Part shown: positions 47,720 through 57,866 of the stretch, piece by piece | Layout: every line of letters starts with the position of its first letter | Position numbering within the stretch: the stretch's first letter is position 1 | Source: Patescibacteria group bacterium | GTDB taxonomy: Bacteria > Patescibacteriota > Dojkabacteria > J137 | DNA length: 64,000 bases | Reading direction: 5' to 3' | NCBI GenBank assembly: GCA_963169855.1 | Contig: CAUJCN010000002.1 | Location: 5,508 to 69,507, forward strand | Position numbers and translations under genes: made by a program | Notes under the pieces: model-generated | The model's database searches: none | What the model was told of the DNA's origin: nothing | Seen by the model: only the letters and a program-made list of their open reading frames with translations

Positions 47720-50678
47720 ATTCATAAAACTAAAAACAACAAGGAATCTCGATAAGATTAAAGAGTCAAATTCCAAGAGAGTTTTCGCTATAGATATAAC
47801 TAGAGCATTTGCTGTTTTGACAATGATTATTACCCACGTTGTCGCGATAGTTTTTAGTCATAAAGAAGGATCAAGCGGGGTTACATTTTTGATTGGTGCG
47901 TTTGGTGGAACTGTCTCGTTTACATTATTCCTTCTAGTATCCGGAGCAACTAGTTACTTTACAACAATTTCACTTGAAGGACTTACTAAAAAAGGTATCC
48001 GTCGAAGACAATTCAAATCATTTAAGAGAACTCTTCAAATACTATTTGCATACTATTTACTGGCGGCGCTTTCTCTTTTTGTATACGGATTAGCATTTAC
48101 AACAAAAACTAGTGAGGCAATTATCACAGATATTCTTCAAATTCTTCTTTTATTAAGAGTTCCAGAATTTACTGAATTCTTGGTTACATTTGTGGTATTC
48201 AGTTTAACTCTAATCTTCTTCAGAAGAGTTTACAGATTCTTGCTGAGCGATTCACGAATTCTAATACTAGCTGGTGCCATTTCGTACTTTATAGGAACAA
48301 TTATATACAGAATCGACTTGGGTAACGACAGGGCAAACTTGCTTAAAGCTTTGTTCGCTGGACACGAAAACGTTCATACATTTCCATTCCTTCAATACTT
48401 TCCAATCTTACTAACAGGATTATTCATTGGAAAATATATTTCAGCTAGAGATCAAATTCATCCAAGAGCATTCATGACTAGGTTATTTAAGCTCCTCGGA
48501 ATTGTTGCTATCCCTGCAGTTGTTTGTATTGTACTCGCAACTATTATCCCAGATGGCATCTTTGGTTATACAGTTTTCGGAGATAGATTCCCACCACAAT
48601 TAGGATTTATTCTCCTAAGCATTACTCTTTCGTTGTTTGCAATGACATTGGTTCTTTATGCAGAAAAATTCTTTGTTAGAGCGAGAAGTATTGTGACATT
48701 CATAAGTAAAAACGCCTTGTCTTTCTTCGTTGTTCATACGGCACTATTGCTATCGTTTAAGTATTACATGGATACTAATTTCAAAGATGTTGATTGGCGT
48801 TACGATCGATTCCTCTCAGTTTTCCTTTTTTATATTGGAGTCTTAGTAGCTTCGGTTTTTGTAATTTACATTAAAGAAAAGTTGATTGGACTTTACTTTG
48901 TGATTGACGGATATCTAAATACTCATCATTACATAGTTGATTTCCTACTTCCAATTGCTGCAGTTGGATTAGTAATTGCTACAGTATTCTTTACAATTTC
49001 AGATAATAGAATCGTTAGTGGAAAAGAATTAAATATAAATGTAAATGAAGTTAAGAGAGATTTCGAAATTAACGATAATGCCGAAATGTGGTATGACGAT
49101 AACTTTAGATACTATAAACGTGTTAATGTGGAAGATTTGACTAGTGATCAGATTTTCCTATCTCAAAGATGGGCTAAAGTGTCTTTCAATCATAAATCTG
49201 TTGTTGAAGAAAACAATTTGAGAAAAGAATCCGGCGAAGATATACGAGTTGTGGAATTCGATGGAATTACATTCACAGAAGTGCCTATAGTAATTACTTC
49301 ACCTAATTCAGATAGTACTAAAGTTGTTTTTAAATTCAATCCTGGAGAAGTACAGTACTTTATATATTATGGCAACGATTACTCTGCAATGTCCGCTGCG
49401 CCTACAGATCAAGCAGGAATAGAAAATGCTGTTGATGTTAATACTGGAGACCAGAATCAGCACATTCTTAGATCTAGTACAAACAAAAGGTGGTTGCTAA
49501 AGGATTATTCTCAATCACCAAGACTTCAATTATCTGTAGTTGTTCCTGAAGAAATCAGAAGTATTCAGTATATAGTTTTCGAAATTGAAAATACTGATCT
49601 AAGAGGTGAGATGATTACTTCAGACTCGGTAAACTATTCTGCAGAAATTGATACATCAGTTTTGAATCCTGGATACTACACAATTCAAGCTACAGCAATA
49701 GAATTGAGAGATAGTATAAATGTTTACAATACTTACAAAATTCCATTCTTTGTAAGCTATCCTTTGTTCATGACTTGGACTTTGGACTGGGAAGGTTGGG
49801 GAGTAGCACAATACGAATCAAACGACATTTTTGATATTTCTTCGAGATACGGAATGCCAGTTACACATTTTTTTAATCCTAGAATTTTTGTACAGAATCA
49901 ATATTCAATCTATTCAGTAAATCCAGGAGAAGCTCAGTATTATGTAAATTTAGTTAACCAAAGAAAAACCCAAGGAGATGCAATTGGCCTTCACCTACAT
50001 TATTATGCAGATTTATTGGAAGAAATTGGAGTTCCAAAAAGAGCGACAGCTCAGATTGTAGGAAGCAATCGAGACGAAACATCATTAGATGCTTACACCC
50101 AAGAAGAGTCGGAAAAGATTTTGCAATGGAGTATCGATAAATTTGCTGAGCACGGCCTTCCTAGACCAACAATGTTTAGATCCGGTGGTTGGATGACGAG
50201 CTCTGCATTGCTTAAAGCTCTAGCTAATAAAGGGTTTGATCTTGACTCATCCGGAAGAACAGGTGGTGTTTTAAACCCTGCATGGACAGGTAGTACAATT
50301 ATTCCCTGGAATTTAAGTGGAACAACAATGCCATTCAAACCAAATGTAAACAATATTAACGCTTGGGATGGAGAGAGAATTAACATTTTTGAATTCCCTA
50401 ATAACGGTGCTGACTCTTATTGGTTTCCAATTGAAGAATTAATAGCCAGATTTAATCAGAACTATCCTACTAAAGGAGAAATTATGCAAAAGCCACAAGT
50501 TCTTACATATCTAAGTCACCCTCATGGATTCCCTGTATTCGATTCTACAAAAATTAGAAGTTTATTTGATTATACTGGCAATTATCAATTCAAAAACGAT
50601 GATGGGCCTGTAGTTTACTCAACATTAGAAACTACCTATAATGAGTGGAATAAGTTATCATTTATAAATGGAAACTAA
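47712..50678 (+). CDS. Acyltransferase-3 (OafA-like) membrane domain fused to a large extracytoplasmic domain of unknown fold
   Basis: N-terminal RVFAIDITRAFAVLTMIITH (AT3 family start) with about 10 TM helices, then about 550 aa of soluble domain. It overlaps its neighbours by 8 and 11 nt. Confidence 0.6.
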   Translation: MRKFIKLKTTRNLDKIKESNSKRVFAIDITRAFAVLTMIITHVVAIVFSHKEGSSGVTFLIGAFGGTVSFTLFLLVSGATSYFTTISLEGLTKKGIRRRQFKSFKRTLQILFAYYLLAALSLFVYGLAFTTKTSEAIITDILQILLLLRVPEFTEFLVTFVVFSLTLIFFRRVYRFLLSDSRILILAGAISYFIGTIIYRIDLGNDRANLLKALFAGHENVHTFPFLQYFPILLTGLFIGKYISARDQIHPRAFMTRLFKLLGIVAIPAVVCIVLATIIPDGIFGYTVFGDRFPPQLGFILLSITLSLFAMTLVLYAEKFFVRARSIVTFISKNALSFFVVHTALLLSFKYYMDTNFKDVDWRYDRFLSVFLFYIGVLVASVFVIYIKEKLIGLYFVIDGYLNTHHYIVDFLLPIAAVGLVIATVFFTISDNRIVSGKELNINVNEVKRDFEINDNAEMWYDDNFRYYKRVNVEDLTSDQIFLSQRWAKVSFNHKSVVEENNLRKESGEDIRVVEFDGITFTEVPIVITSPNSDSTKVVFKFNPGEVQYFIYYGNDYSAMSAAPTDQAGIENAVDVNTGDQNQHILRSSTNKRWLLKDYSQSPRLQLSVVVPEEIRSIQYIVFEIENTDLRGEMITSDSVNYSAEIDTSVLNPGYYTIQATAIELRDSINVYNTYKIPFFVSYPLFMTWTLDWEGWGVAQYESNDIFDISSRYGMPVTHFFNPRIFVQNQYSIYSVNPGEAQYYVNLVNQRKTQGDAIGLHLHYYADLLEEIGVPKRATAQIVGSNRDETSLDAYTQEESEKILQWSIDKFAEHGLPRPTMFRSGGWMTSSALLKALANKGFDLDSSGRTGGVLNPAWTGSTIIPWNLSGTTMPFKPNVNNINAWDGERINIFEFPNNGADSYWFPIEELIARFNQNYPTKGEIMQKPQVLTYLSHPHGFPVFDSTKIRSLFDYTGNYQFKNDDGPVVYSTLETTYNEWNKLSFINGN

Positions 50679-52947
50679 CGAACCCCCAAAACAAAACGAG
50701 GTTGCGGAAGTCACACTAACTTCTAGAGGAAGAGGAAAAAAAGTTGCTCATACAACATTTTATCCACTATTCTACTTTTTTTCTAATATAGAAAAAGGAA
50801 TCCAGAAAACTGTCTCTGCAGTATTACATTTCCCTAGAAAGCTTTTTTCATTGATTGATAAAAGAACTCTTAAAATTGTATTAGGAATCATTGCAATAGA
50901 GATTGTAATTGGCTACCTTATAGCCTGGTTATATTTAGATATTACAGCTCCCCAGGATATTACTTATTACTTAAGCAAAGTTGATTTTGATGTTTACGCT
51001 GTATTGATGATTGCTATCTTTGGTATTTTCTTGATAGGAAATCTTTTCCAAATTACAATTGGATTTTATGAATCAAGATTCAGTAAAAAAAGATTTGCAT
51101 TATTCAATGTAATTCTAGTTGTAGCATTTGTAGTATTGTTCCTGGGAGCTTACGTTTTCAGACATCCTGAAATGCAAAATAGCTATCCTAAATATGCACA
51201 AGCAATGGAGGATTACACAAAGCCGATTGAAGTTTTATTCAATCTACCAGTCGATGTCTCCGCTTTGAAACCAACAATTACACCAGAATTAAAAGGAGTG
51301 TGGGAATGGGAACCATACTTGGGAAATAATGCTATGACTAGAAGAGGTAAATTTCATGCAGAGATTTCTGCATTCCCTGACCAACGTTTTGTAATCTACA
51401 TTCCAGGAATTAAGAAATTTACAGATCCAACTGTGCATGAATATGGATTCGCATTTAAGGCACCGCCTTTACCAGCAATCGTATCTACATATCCTGAGCA
51501 GGGATCTGTTACAGCAAAAAGAGACGATCAGGTTGTATTTAGAATTGATAGGGACAGTAGAGATCTTGTAGATTGGAGCTTTAGACTTCTCCCATCTACA
51601 GAATTTGATGTAGTCTTCGAAGAATCGGACATTATAATCAAACCTAAGGCATTGTTGGAACAAGGAAAATCTTATACTCTAACAGCAGCCTATAGGCCAA
51701 AGCAAATTAATCTACTAACCAAAGAATCTGTGTCTTTTGGCGAATCTATTAATAAAATTGATTTAAAATTCACGACTATAAAAGAACCATTAATTGACAC
51801 TTTCAAACCAACTGGCAACACTGTAATAATCTCTGAGCAGATAAAAATTAAGTTTACAGAAGAAATGAACAGAGAAAGTGTTGAAGAAAAAATGAAAATA
51901 GAGCCAGCAATCGAGGGCGAAATTGTTTGGACAGACGATAAAAATTTAACTTATGTAAACGAAGAGCCTTTGCCAAAAGATACTGCTTACAAAGTTACTT
52001 TTGCTTCTGGAATGATGAGTAAAATGGATGGAGTTTCTAACAAAGAAATTACTTATGATTTTAAAACAATCGGTAAAGTAAGAATTTCTGATTATTCTCC
52101 AGGTAATGGAGCTACATATGTAAGTGAATACACTGATATTAGAATTGCTTTCGATCAGGAAGTGAACAAGGATGAAGCTCAATCGCATCTAGTTGTCTCA
52201 CCTGCTTACCAAGCTGTATTTAGGTGGGAAGGAAATACAATGATTCTTGCAGCTCTTCAACCTATGGCATTTAATACTACATATTCGGTAAGGTTGACTG
52301 CTGGTGTTCAATCGATCAACGGATTGCCGAGTACGGACGAAATCAATTTCAGTTTTACTACAAGATCAAATGTCTACGTTTTTACAATGCCAATCTACTA
52401 TCAACCAGCAGGTAGTTTCTCTTGTAATATCTACACTGCAAAAATGGTGTTAGCTTACAAAGGTCATTCAGCTGATGCAACTGGATTAATTGCAGAAATT
52501 GGTTATGACGAAGGCAGGTCAGGAAATTCATGGACAGGAAATCCATATGCAGAATATGTTGGAAACGCTGACGGAAGCTGGGGTTACGGTGTTTACTATC
52601 CACCTATTCAGAATATTTTCGCTGCAAGAGGGATATCTTCTGATCCTAAGGTTGGATGGAATGTTTCAGATTTGGCACGAGAAGTTCAACAAGGAAGACC
52701 TGTAGTTATTTGGAGATACAACGGAGTTAGTAGCGGTGCAAACATTTCTTGGACATCTGATGACGGAACTTATGTACCAGCATTTAGTGGGATGCACGGT
52801 GGAGTTGTAACTGGATTCACGGGTCCTGTAGAAAATCCTACGAGTTTCTACTTAAATGACCCTTGGTTTGGTCCATTCTGGTTAGACGTTGGTACTTTTG
52901 ATTATTACTGGTCGTTCTCTAATAGAATGGCTCTAATCGTTTACTAG
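50668..52947 (+). CDS. Large membrane-anchored surface protein with repeated Ig-like segments and a C-terminal C39-like cysteine peptidase-like domain (tentative)
   Basis: TM segments near the N-terminus. The C-terminal QPAGSFSCNIYTAKMVLAYKG follows the Q-x5-C-x6-M-x-L-x-Y-x-G pattern of peptidase_C39-like proteins, with downstream His (GMHGG) and Asp/Asn (NDPW). Confidence 0.5.
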   Translation: METNEPPKQNEVAEVTLTSRGRGKKVAHTTFYPLFYFFSNIEKGIQKTVSAVLHFPRKLFSLIDKRTLKIVLGIIAIEIVIGYLIAWLYLDITAPQDITYYLSKVDFDVYAVLMIAIFGIFLIGNLFQITIGFYESRFSKKRFALFNVILVVAFVVLFLGAYVFRHPEMQNSYPKYAQAMEDYTKPIEVLFNLPVDVSALKPTITPELKGVWEWEPYLGNNAMTRRGKFHAEISAFPDQRFVIYIPGIKKFTDPTVHEYGFAFKAPPLPAIVSTYPEQGSVTAKRDDQVVFRIDRDSRDLVDWSFRLLPSTEFDVVFEESDIIIKPKALLEQGKSYTLTAAYRPKQINLLTKESVSFGESINKIDLKFTTIKEPLIDTFKPTGNTVIISEQIKIKFTEEMNRESVEEKMKIEPAIEGEIVWTDDKNLTYVNEEPLPKDTAYKVTFASGMMSKMDGVSNKEITYDFKTIGKVRISDYSPGNGATYVSEYTDIRIAFDQEVNKDEAQSHLVVSPAYQAVFRWEGNTMILAALQPMAFNTTYSVRLTAGVQSINGLPSTDEINFSFTTRSNVYVFTMPIYYQPAGSFSCNIYTAKMVLAYKGHSADATGLIAEIGYDEGRSGNSWTGNPYAEYVGNADGSWGYGVYYPPIQNIFAARGISSDPKVGWNVSDLAREVQQGRPVVIWRYNGVSSGANISWTSDDGTYVPAFSGMHGGVVTGFTGPVENPTSFYLNDPWFGPFWLDVGTFDYYWSFSNRMALIVY

Positions 52948-52949
52948 TT

Positions 52950-53579
52950 ATGAAAGGAAAATATCTCGACACATTGGCTTTTATCTACGTTATTTTAGGA
53001 ATAGCTATTGCTGGAATATTTTTCTTCAATGCTGAAAATCTTAGGTTACTAACTCTAAACAAACTAACTATTGATAGTCAGGATGATTACGAACTTGATT
53101 ACCCAACTGGAGATTTGGTGGATATAACTTTAACTCCAAGTTCAATTTTCAAAACTGGGGAGGTTGTGAATGGTATTAACTATTCAATATTTTCTACCGA
53201 AGAGTTCATCTTTGACTTTATTGTTATTGCAAACAAATATCCAGAAACTAAAACTACTTTCAGTTGTAGAGATGCTACAAGTTTCAAAAAAGATCTTCTA
53301 AATAAACTTGTAGAAGAATTTAATAAACCTGTTGATATAGCATCAGTTTTAGAAGATGAGGGAATTTACTTGAGTTCGGAAAGCCAGACATCACTTCTTC
53401 AAAATACTACTGGAAACTTTGGGACTTCTACAAGATTGCTTGATTGTACCGATGCAGTTGTTAGAAGTAAGGTAGAAGTTTACTTCGTTATTGGGTTAGA
53501 AATAATAGTTGTAGTTGCAGGAGTTCTATTTATCTTCAGAAAAAAGATTGGCCAAGCTTTCGAAGAGATAGAAACTTAA
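52950..53579 (+). CDS. Hypothetical bitopic membrane protein, last gene of the envelope operon
   Basis: 209 aa with N- and C-terminal TM segments. Confidence 0.45.
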   Translation: MKGKYLDTLAFIYVILGIAIAGIFFFNAENLRLLTLNKLTIDSQDDYELDYPTGDLVDITLTPSSIFKTGEVVNGINYSIFSTEEFIFDFIVIANKYPETKTTFSCRDATSFKKDLLNKLVEEFNKPVDIASVLEDEGIYLSSESQTSLLQNTTGNFGTSTRLLDCTDAVVRSKVEVYFVIGLEIIVVVAGVLFIFRKKIGQAFEEIET

Positions 53580-53863
53580 GCTTCAGCTAACTCTACAACT
53601 CCTAAATGATTGATCCCTTCGTATATTTCTTTAATGTCTTCCAAAGGAACTCTGTTTTTTAAAGCGACTCTTAGTTTATCGAAATCTTCTACTGATATTC
53701 TAAGAATTTTACCGTACATATATTGAACATAAAAATTTCCATTTTCATCTTTTCGAATATCAATAAACTGACTGTCTTTAGTATAAACACCGTACATATG
53801 ACCACCTTCACCTTGTCCAGGTAATATTTTTATCCAAACTTCTGCTTCTGGGTTTCCATTCAT
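53576..53863 (-). CDS. Hypothetical small protein
   Basis: 95 aa with ATG start; ATGA-coupled to the upstream gene. Confidence 0.4.
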   Translation of the reverse strand: MNGNPEAEVWIKILPGQGEGGHMYGVYTKDSQFIDIRKDENGNFYVQYMYGKILRISVEDFDKLRVALKNRVPLEDIKEIYEGINHLGVVELAEA

Positions 53864-54300
53864 AGTATTTTTAAATCGATAGGTAACTGATAATCTGCGA
53901 TCCAGACTCTCCTATCAAGTTTCTGGATTTTTACAGGATGCTTAAGCTTTACTGGTTTTGTAAATCTAATTAGTGTGCCGTACCGTTTAACTGCTTTTTT
54001 CTTAGCATATCTATTAAGCTGATCTTCGTCTTCGAATCCCATCTCGTCGAAATGTTCTTTCATAATATCTCTAATTTGATCAGGATGTATTACATCAATG
54101 TATTCAAAATCTTCAACCTCTACCTTTCCAACTACAGGTCCACTCGATTCTTTTAGAAATATAACATCTCCTTTATGGAGTTTTTGATAAGGTGCTACTT
54201 TGTTATACATCCATTTGATATCAATTTTGACTTCACCTCTCAGGACCAGATCAACGTATTCTGCATTTCGTTTTTTAGAATAAACCGCTAAGTGGTACAT
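53860..54300 (-). CDS. Hypothetical protein, possibly PUA-like (ASCH/EVE-type) fold
   Basis: 146 aa with a beta-rich basic sequence; weak resemblance only. Confidence 0.4.
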   Translation of the reverse strand: MYHLAVYSKKRNAEYVDLVLRGEVKIDIKWMYNKVAPYQKLHKGDVIFLKESSGPVVGKVEVEDFEYIDVIHPDQIRDIMKEHFDEMGFEDEDQLNRYAKKKAVKRYGTLIRFTKPVKLKHPVKIQKLDRRVWIADYQLPIDLKIL

Positions 54301-54360
54301 AAATCTTCTACTATTCGTTTCAAATATTGTTCAACATCAGAAATCTTCAACGGATAATTA

Positions 54361-54630
54361 CTATTCCTTCCTTCCTTCCTTCTTACCCCTTTTTTGATAG
54401 TAGACAATTACAATTTTTACTCCAGCAGTTAGTATACTAATCTCCCTCACATTAATGTTGAGTTGACTGTAGTGAGAAGATACAGAATGTACTCCTATAC
54501 CGTAGTCAATCTCTATGGAAGATTCTAAAGCAAGATCAAATAAATAGTTAAATCTCTCTTTTGCTTCTTCGGTTATTGGAGTCTCATCATCAAACGACTC
54601 TCCATTTTCATAAAAGTACTCTGGATCCAT
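54361..54630 (-). CDS. Small acidic hypothetical protein
   Basis: 89-aa ORF with ATG start. Confidence 0.35.
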   Translation of the reverse strand: MDPEYFYENGESFDDETPITEEAKERFNYLFDLALESSIEIDYGIGVHSVSSHYSQLNINVREISILTAGVKIVIVYYQKRGKKEGRKE

Positions 54631-55234
54631 ATTTTATATTAATTTCCAAAACCTTCTCCAAGTCTTCAATAAATCTTTCAAAATTTTTAAAAATATAACC
54701 TTTTACACCTGAACTCTTTGCAGAGTTTACTTTCTTTTCTGAGTCATCAAAGAATAAAATTTGATCTGGTTTGCAGTCTAAAGTTTTGACTACATGATGA
54801 AAAAAGTTTGTTCTATCTTTATGATGTCCAATCTCTGACGAGACAAATTTTCCATCCATCCAGTTTTGCAATCCTCGAGTTTCCCAAATGTGCTGAGCTC
54901 TATATTTTTCCTGATCTGTTGCTAAATAGACTTTAAGTCCTGAATCTTGTAGTTGTTTTGCTACTTCTATAAACCGTATATCTATTTCTGGGTCTTCTGT
55001 TAACCAGAATTCCAGAAGTTCGTCTACTGTTCCTTTCCAGCCCCATGTGCTTACTACTTCAGCCAGCTGTTCTTTTAAGTCTCCTTTTCCGATCACAACA
55101 GTTTCTTTTAGATTATCGAAGAATGGGGTAAGTATGTTTATATCAATTCCAAATTTTTCGGCGTAAACCTCACGAAAATATTTACTATTGCAGATAACAC
55201 CATCGAAGTCGATAAGTACGGCCTTGTAGTTCAT
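54608..55234 (-). CDS. HAD-superfamily hydrolase
   Basis: MNYKAVLIDFDGVICNS carries the DxDGV motif I at the N-terminus. The longer 55342 start would put motif I at residue 45 and overlap the divergent gene, so the ATG at 55234 is preferred. Confidence 0.62.
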   Translation of the reverse strand: MNYKAVLIDFDGVICNSKYFREVYAEKFGIDINILTPFFDNLKETVVIGKGDLKEQLAEVVSTWGWKGTVDELLEFWLTEDPEIDIRFIEVAKQLQDSGLKVYLATDQEKYRAQHIWETRGLQNWMDGKFVSSEIGHHKDRTNFFHHVVKTLDCKPDQILFFDDSEKKVNSAKSSGVKGYIFKNFERFIEDLEKVLEINIKYGSRVLL

Positions 55235-55291
55235 ATAGAAGATTCTAGCGTTTTTATTCGAAAATGAATAGAGCAGTGCTAAACTTATTGA

Positions 55292-56356
55292 ATGACTATT
55301 GATCTCACGAAAGAACAAATTAAAAGATTCATGATTGAGCATTCTGGACTCAATTCAAAAAAGAATTCAATCGACGAAGTTTTAACTGAGTTAAGTTGTA
55401 TTCAAGTAGATCCAATAAATACAGTTGCTCCAAGCCACGAGTTATCTTTGTACAATAGGGTGATGGGAATTAAAAGATCTGATTTAAATTCTGAACTATA
55501 TGAGAAGAAAACTCTCTTTGAATATTGGTTTCAGCTCTACTCTATTATCCCAATGAAGTTTTTTCCTTATTTTGCTGAACGAAGTTCTGCAAATCTTTAC
55601 TGGCATGATTCTCATTACAAAGCACATAGGACAGAGATAGATGCAACTTTAGATTTCGTAAAGAAAAATGGTTCAACTGGAATTAAAGATTTAATGCATT
55701 TGCCAAAAGTTTCTGGAGTTTTTAATTGGGGAGATAGCCAGTCTCGTGCTGGATTATTAACTTATTTGTGGGACAAAGGTGTTTTAATGGTTTCTCATCG
55801 AAGTAGCAATCAAAAGTATTACGATCTTACAGAAAACATTGTTCCTAAAGAGATTTTGAATCAAAAGAAAAGTCATGAGGAAATTCTCGAGTTTTACTTA
55901 ACTTCTTATTTTAAATACTTGGGAATTGTTCGAAGACCACAGTTAACTAGAATGGGTCACATGTCTAGAACTGGAGTTAAAGATTTATTCAAGAAATGGG
56001 AAAAAGAAAGAAAGATTTTAGGAATTACGATTGATGGTCAAGCAACAAAGCTTTATATCTTGAAGGAACATGCTTATAAAATTGATTCTTCCCCTACTCA
56101 TACTAAACTCAACATTTTACCGCCTCTAGATCCTCTTATAATCGATCGAGATATTCTGAACGATGTATTTGACTACTTCTACAGATGGGAGGCATATACA
56201 CCTGCTTTAAAGCGAAAATTCGACCAATATGGAATGCCAATTCTTTACAAAGGAGAGATTAATGGACAAATTGCTTTGAGAAAGGATTTGGTGAACAGAA
56301 AGTTGAAGATTCATAATCTGGAGAAGTTTGTGTTTACCAATGCAGAACTTGACTAA
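55292..56356 (+). CDS. YcaQ/AlkZ-family (DUF1006, winged-helix) DNA glycosylase-like protein
   Basis: LSCIQVDPINTVAPSHELSLYNRVMG fits the family N-terminal block including the catalytic Q-phi-D motif (QVD). Length 354 aa. Confidence 0.55.
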   Translation: MTIDLTKEQIKRFMIEHSGLNSKKNSIDEVLTELSCIQVDPINTVAPSHELSLYNRVMGIKRSDLNSELYEKKTLFEYWFQLYSIIPMKFFPYFAERSSANLYWHDSHYKAHRTEIDATLDFVKKNGSTGIKDLMHLPKVSGVFNWGDSQSRAGLLTYLWDKGVLMVSHRSSNQKYYDLTENIVPKEILNQKKSHEEILEFYLTSYFKYLGIVRRPQLTRMGHMSRTGVKDLFKKWEKERKILGITIDGQATKLYILKEHAYKIDSSPTHTKLNILPPLDPLIIDRDILNDVFDYFYRWEAYTPALKRKFDQYGMPILYKGEINGQIALRKDLVNRKLKIHNLEKFVFTNAELD

Positions 56357-56358
56357 TT

Positions 56359-57318
56359 CTATTCCTTCTTTTTGTAAGGTGGGAGAATATCTTCGTCCAG
56401 TCTGAACAAGTGCGGTTTCTCTCTTCGATGAGTTTTATCTAGGCTTATAAAAAAGTTTGGTAAGTTATCTTGAATCTTATGACCAAACACAATACTTGTT
56501 CCCCAAGTTACAATTTGTCCTTTGTAAGCGATTTCAATTCTTTTATTCGGTTGTGTTAGCTTTAGATCTATTTTGTATTCAATATCGTCATCATTATCTT
56601 TTACAAGCCATTCAGCTACTCTTCTTTGAACATGTCTCTTAATATCCCCATTCCCTGCCATAAGTCGAACTCTAAATTCTATGGGTTTATGAAACGGTTT
56701 GAATTCTCTAATCGTACTTATGATCGAAGAAATTACCTGAGATCCGCTATTTGATGAGTCATCAAATCTGTAATAAATAATTTTTTCTTGGTTTGCAGCA
56801 CTTTGTCTATCTTCAAATTGTAGTGGTACACTAAATTTAACTCTCATTTGATTTTCTGGAGACAGCATTCCATAAACCATTTTTGCAAAGTAAGTTTCGC
56901 TACTATCTTCATAATAATCGGTTTCAAAAATGACTACTGAATTTGGATTTGCAGATAATTCTTGTTCCACTTCTGCTGCATATTCCTTCATAATCGATAC
57001 AATCTCTTTATTCGAAACATATTTAAGTTCCGCAATTCCCTTCATGAATGCCTGAACAAATTCTTCATCTGGGTCTTCTTGCTGAACGATCTTTCTAATG
57101 TTTTCATCATCTGCCCAGTTAGGCTTCGATAGTAGATCTCCTTGAAATTCCTGCCACACAACTCTTATATTTTTTAGAAAATCAGGAAGTCTTTCGGTTC
57201 TTAGTTCTTCAGCAAATTGTGGATGATCTACTCCAACTTCGTTTATAAAATTCTGAATGGATTGTTCAACTGTTGGGACTGATTCTGGAATCTCTGTGAC
57301 TAATTGATCTAGTGGCAT
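56359..57318 (-). CDS. Hypothetical protein (319 aa, acidic)
   Basis: ORF with ATG start and no motif recognised. Confidence 0.5.
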   Translation of the reverse strand: MPLDQLVTEIPESVPTVEQSIQNFINEVGVDHPQFAEELRTERLPDFLKNIRVVWQEFQGDLLSKPNWADDENIRKIVQQEDPDEEFVQAFMKGIAELKYVSNKEIVSIMKEYAAEVEQELSANPNSVVIFETDYYEDSSETYFAKMVYGMLSPENQMRVKFSVPLQFEDRQSAANQEKIIYYRFDDSSNSGSQVISSIISTIREFKPFHKPIEFRVRLMAGNGDIKRHVQRRVAEWLVKDNDDDIEYKIDLKLTQPNKRIEIAYKGQIVTWGTSIVFGHKIQDNLPNFFISLDKTHRREKPHLFRLDEDILPPYKKKE

Positions 57319-57320
57319 AA

Positions 57321-57866
57321 TTACCAGTGTGGAACTTGATGAGTAATTTTCTTATTATTCTGAATTGCTTCTTTTACTTTATTATTGACTGACGAATAGT
57401 AAATCACATCTCCATCTTCTGAATATTCTGACCCATCTTCTTCTACATGATAGAAGTTCAAGTTCTTACCTGGAAATACTTGTAATCCGGATTTAATATA
57501 AAACTCAGCATTTTCTGGAACACAAAACCCAACTAGAGTTTTATTATTCTCATCTGCATATTTTGTCATTTCTTGCATCAATACTTTTCCGTAACCCTTT
57601 CTTTGCTCTATTGAAGAAACTGCTTGAATTCCCATTATTTCGACTTCTTCATTTTCAATTTTCAAAGCGATTGGTCTTATTGTTCCAAAAGCTACCAATT
57701 TGTTATCTGCTCGAACCAAAAAGAAAATTCTATCGTGGAAATAGTTATTAGTCTGATGATCCCAAACGTTATCTCGATTAAACAGAATCTTTCTATACTG
57801 ATTTACAACATCAAGATCTGATTGAGCTAAATCGCTTCCTTGTACTGTCTCTATCTTTATGTTCAT
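57321..57866 (-). CDS. GNAT family N-acetyltransferase
   Basis: Motif A QRKGYGKVLM (Q/RxxGxG/A). Confidence 0.72.
   Translation of the reverse strand: MNIKIETVQGSDLAQSDLDVVNQYRKILFNRDNVWDHQTNNYFHDRIFFLVRADNKLVAFGTIRPIALKIENEEVEIMGIQAVSSIEQRKGYGKVLMQEMTKYADENNKTLVGFCVPENAEFYIKSGLQVFPGKNLNFYHVEEDGSEYSEDGDVIYYSSVNNKVKEAIQNNKKITHQVPHW

Noticed and set aside
55235-55342. N-terminal 36-aa extension of the HAD hydrolase (start at 55342)
   Set aside because: It would place the DxDGV motif I 45 residues from the start and overlap the divergent 55292 gene. The ATG at 55234 gives a canonical HAD N-terminus.
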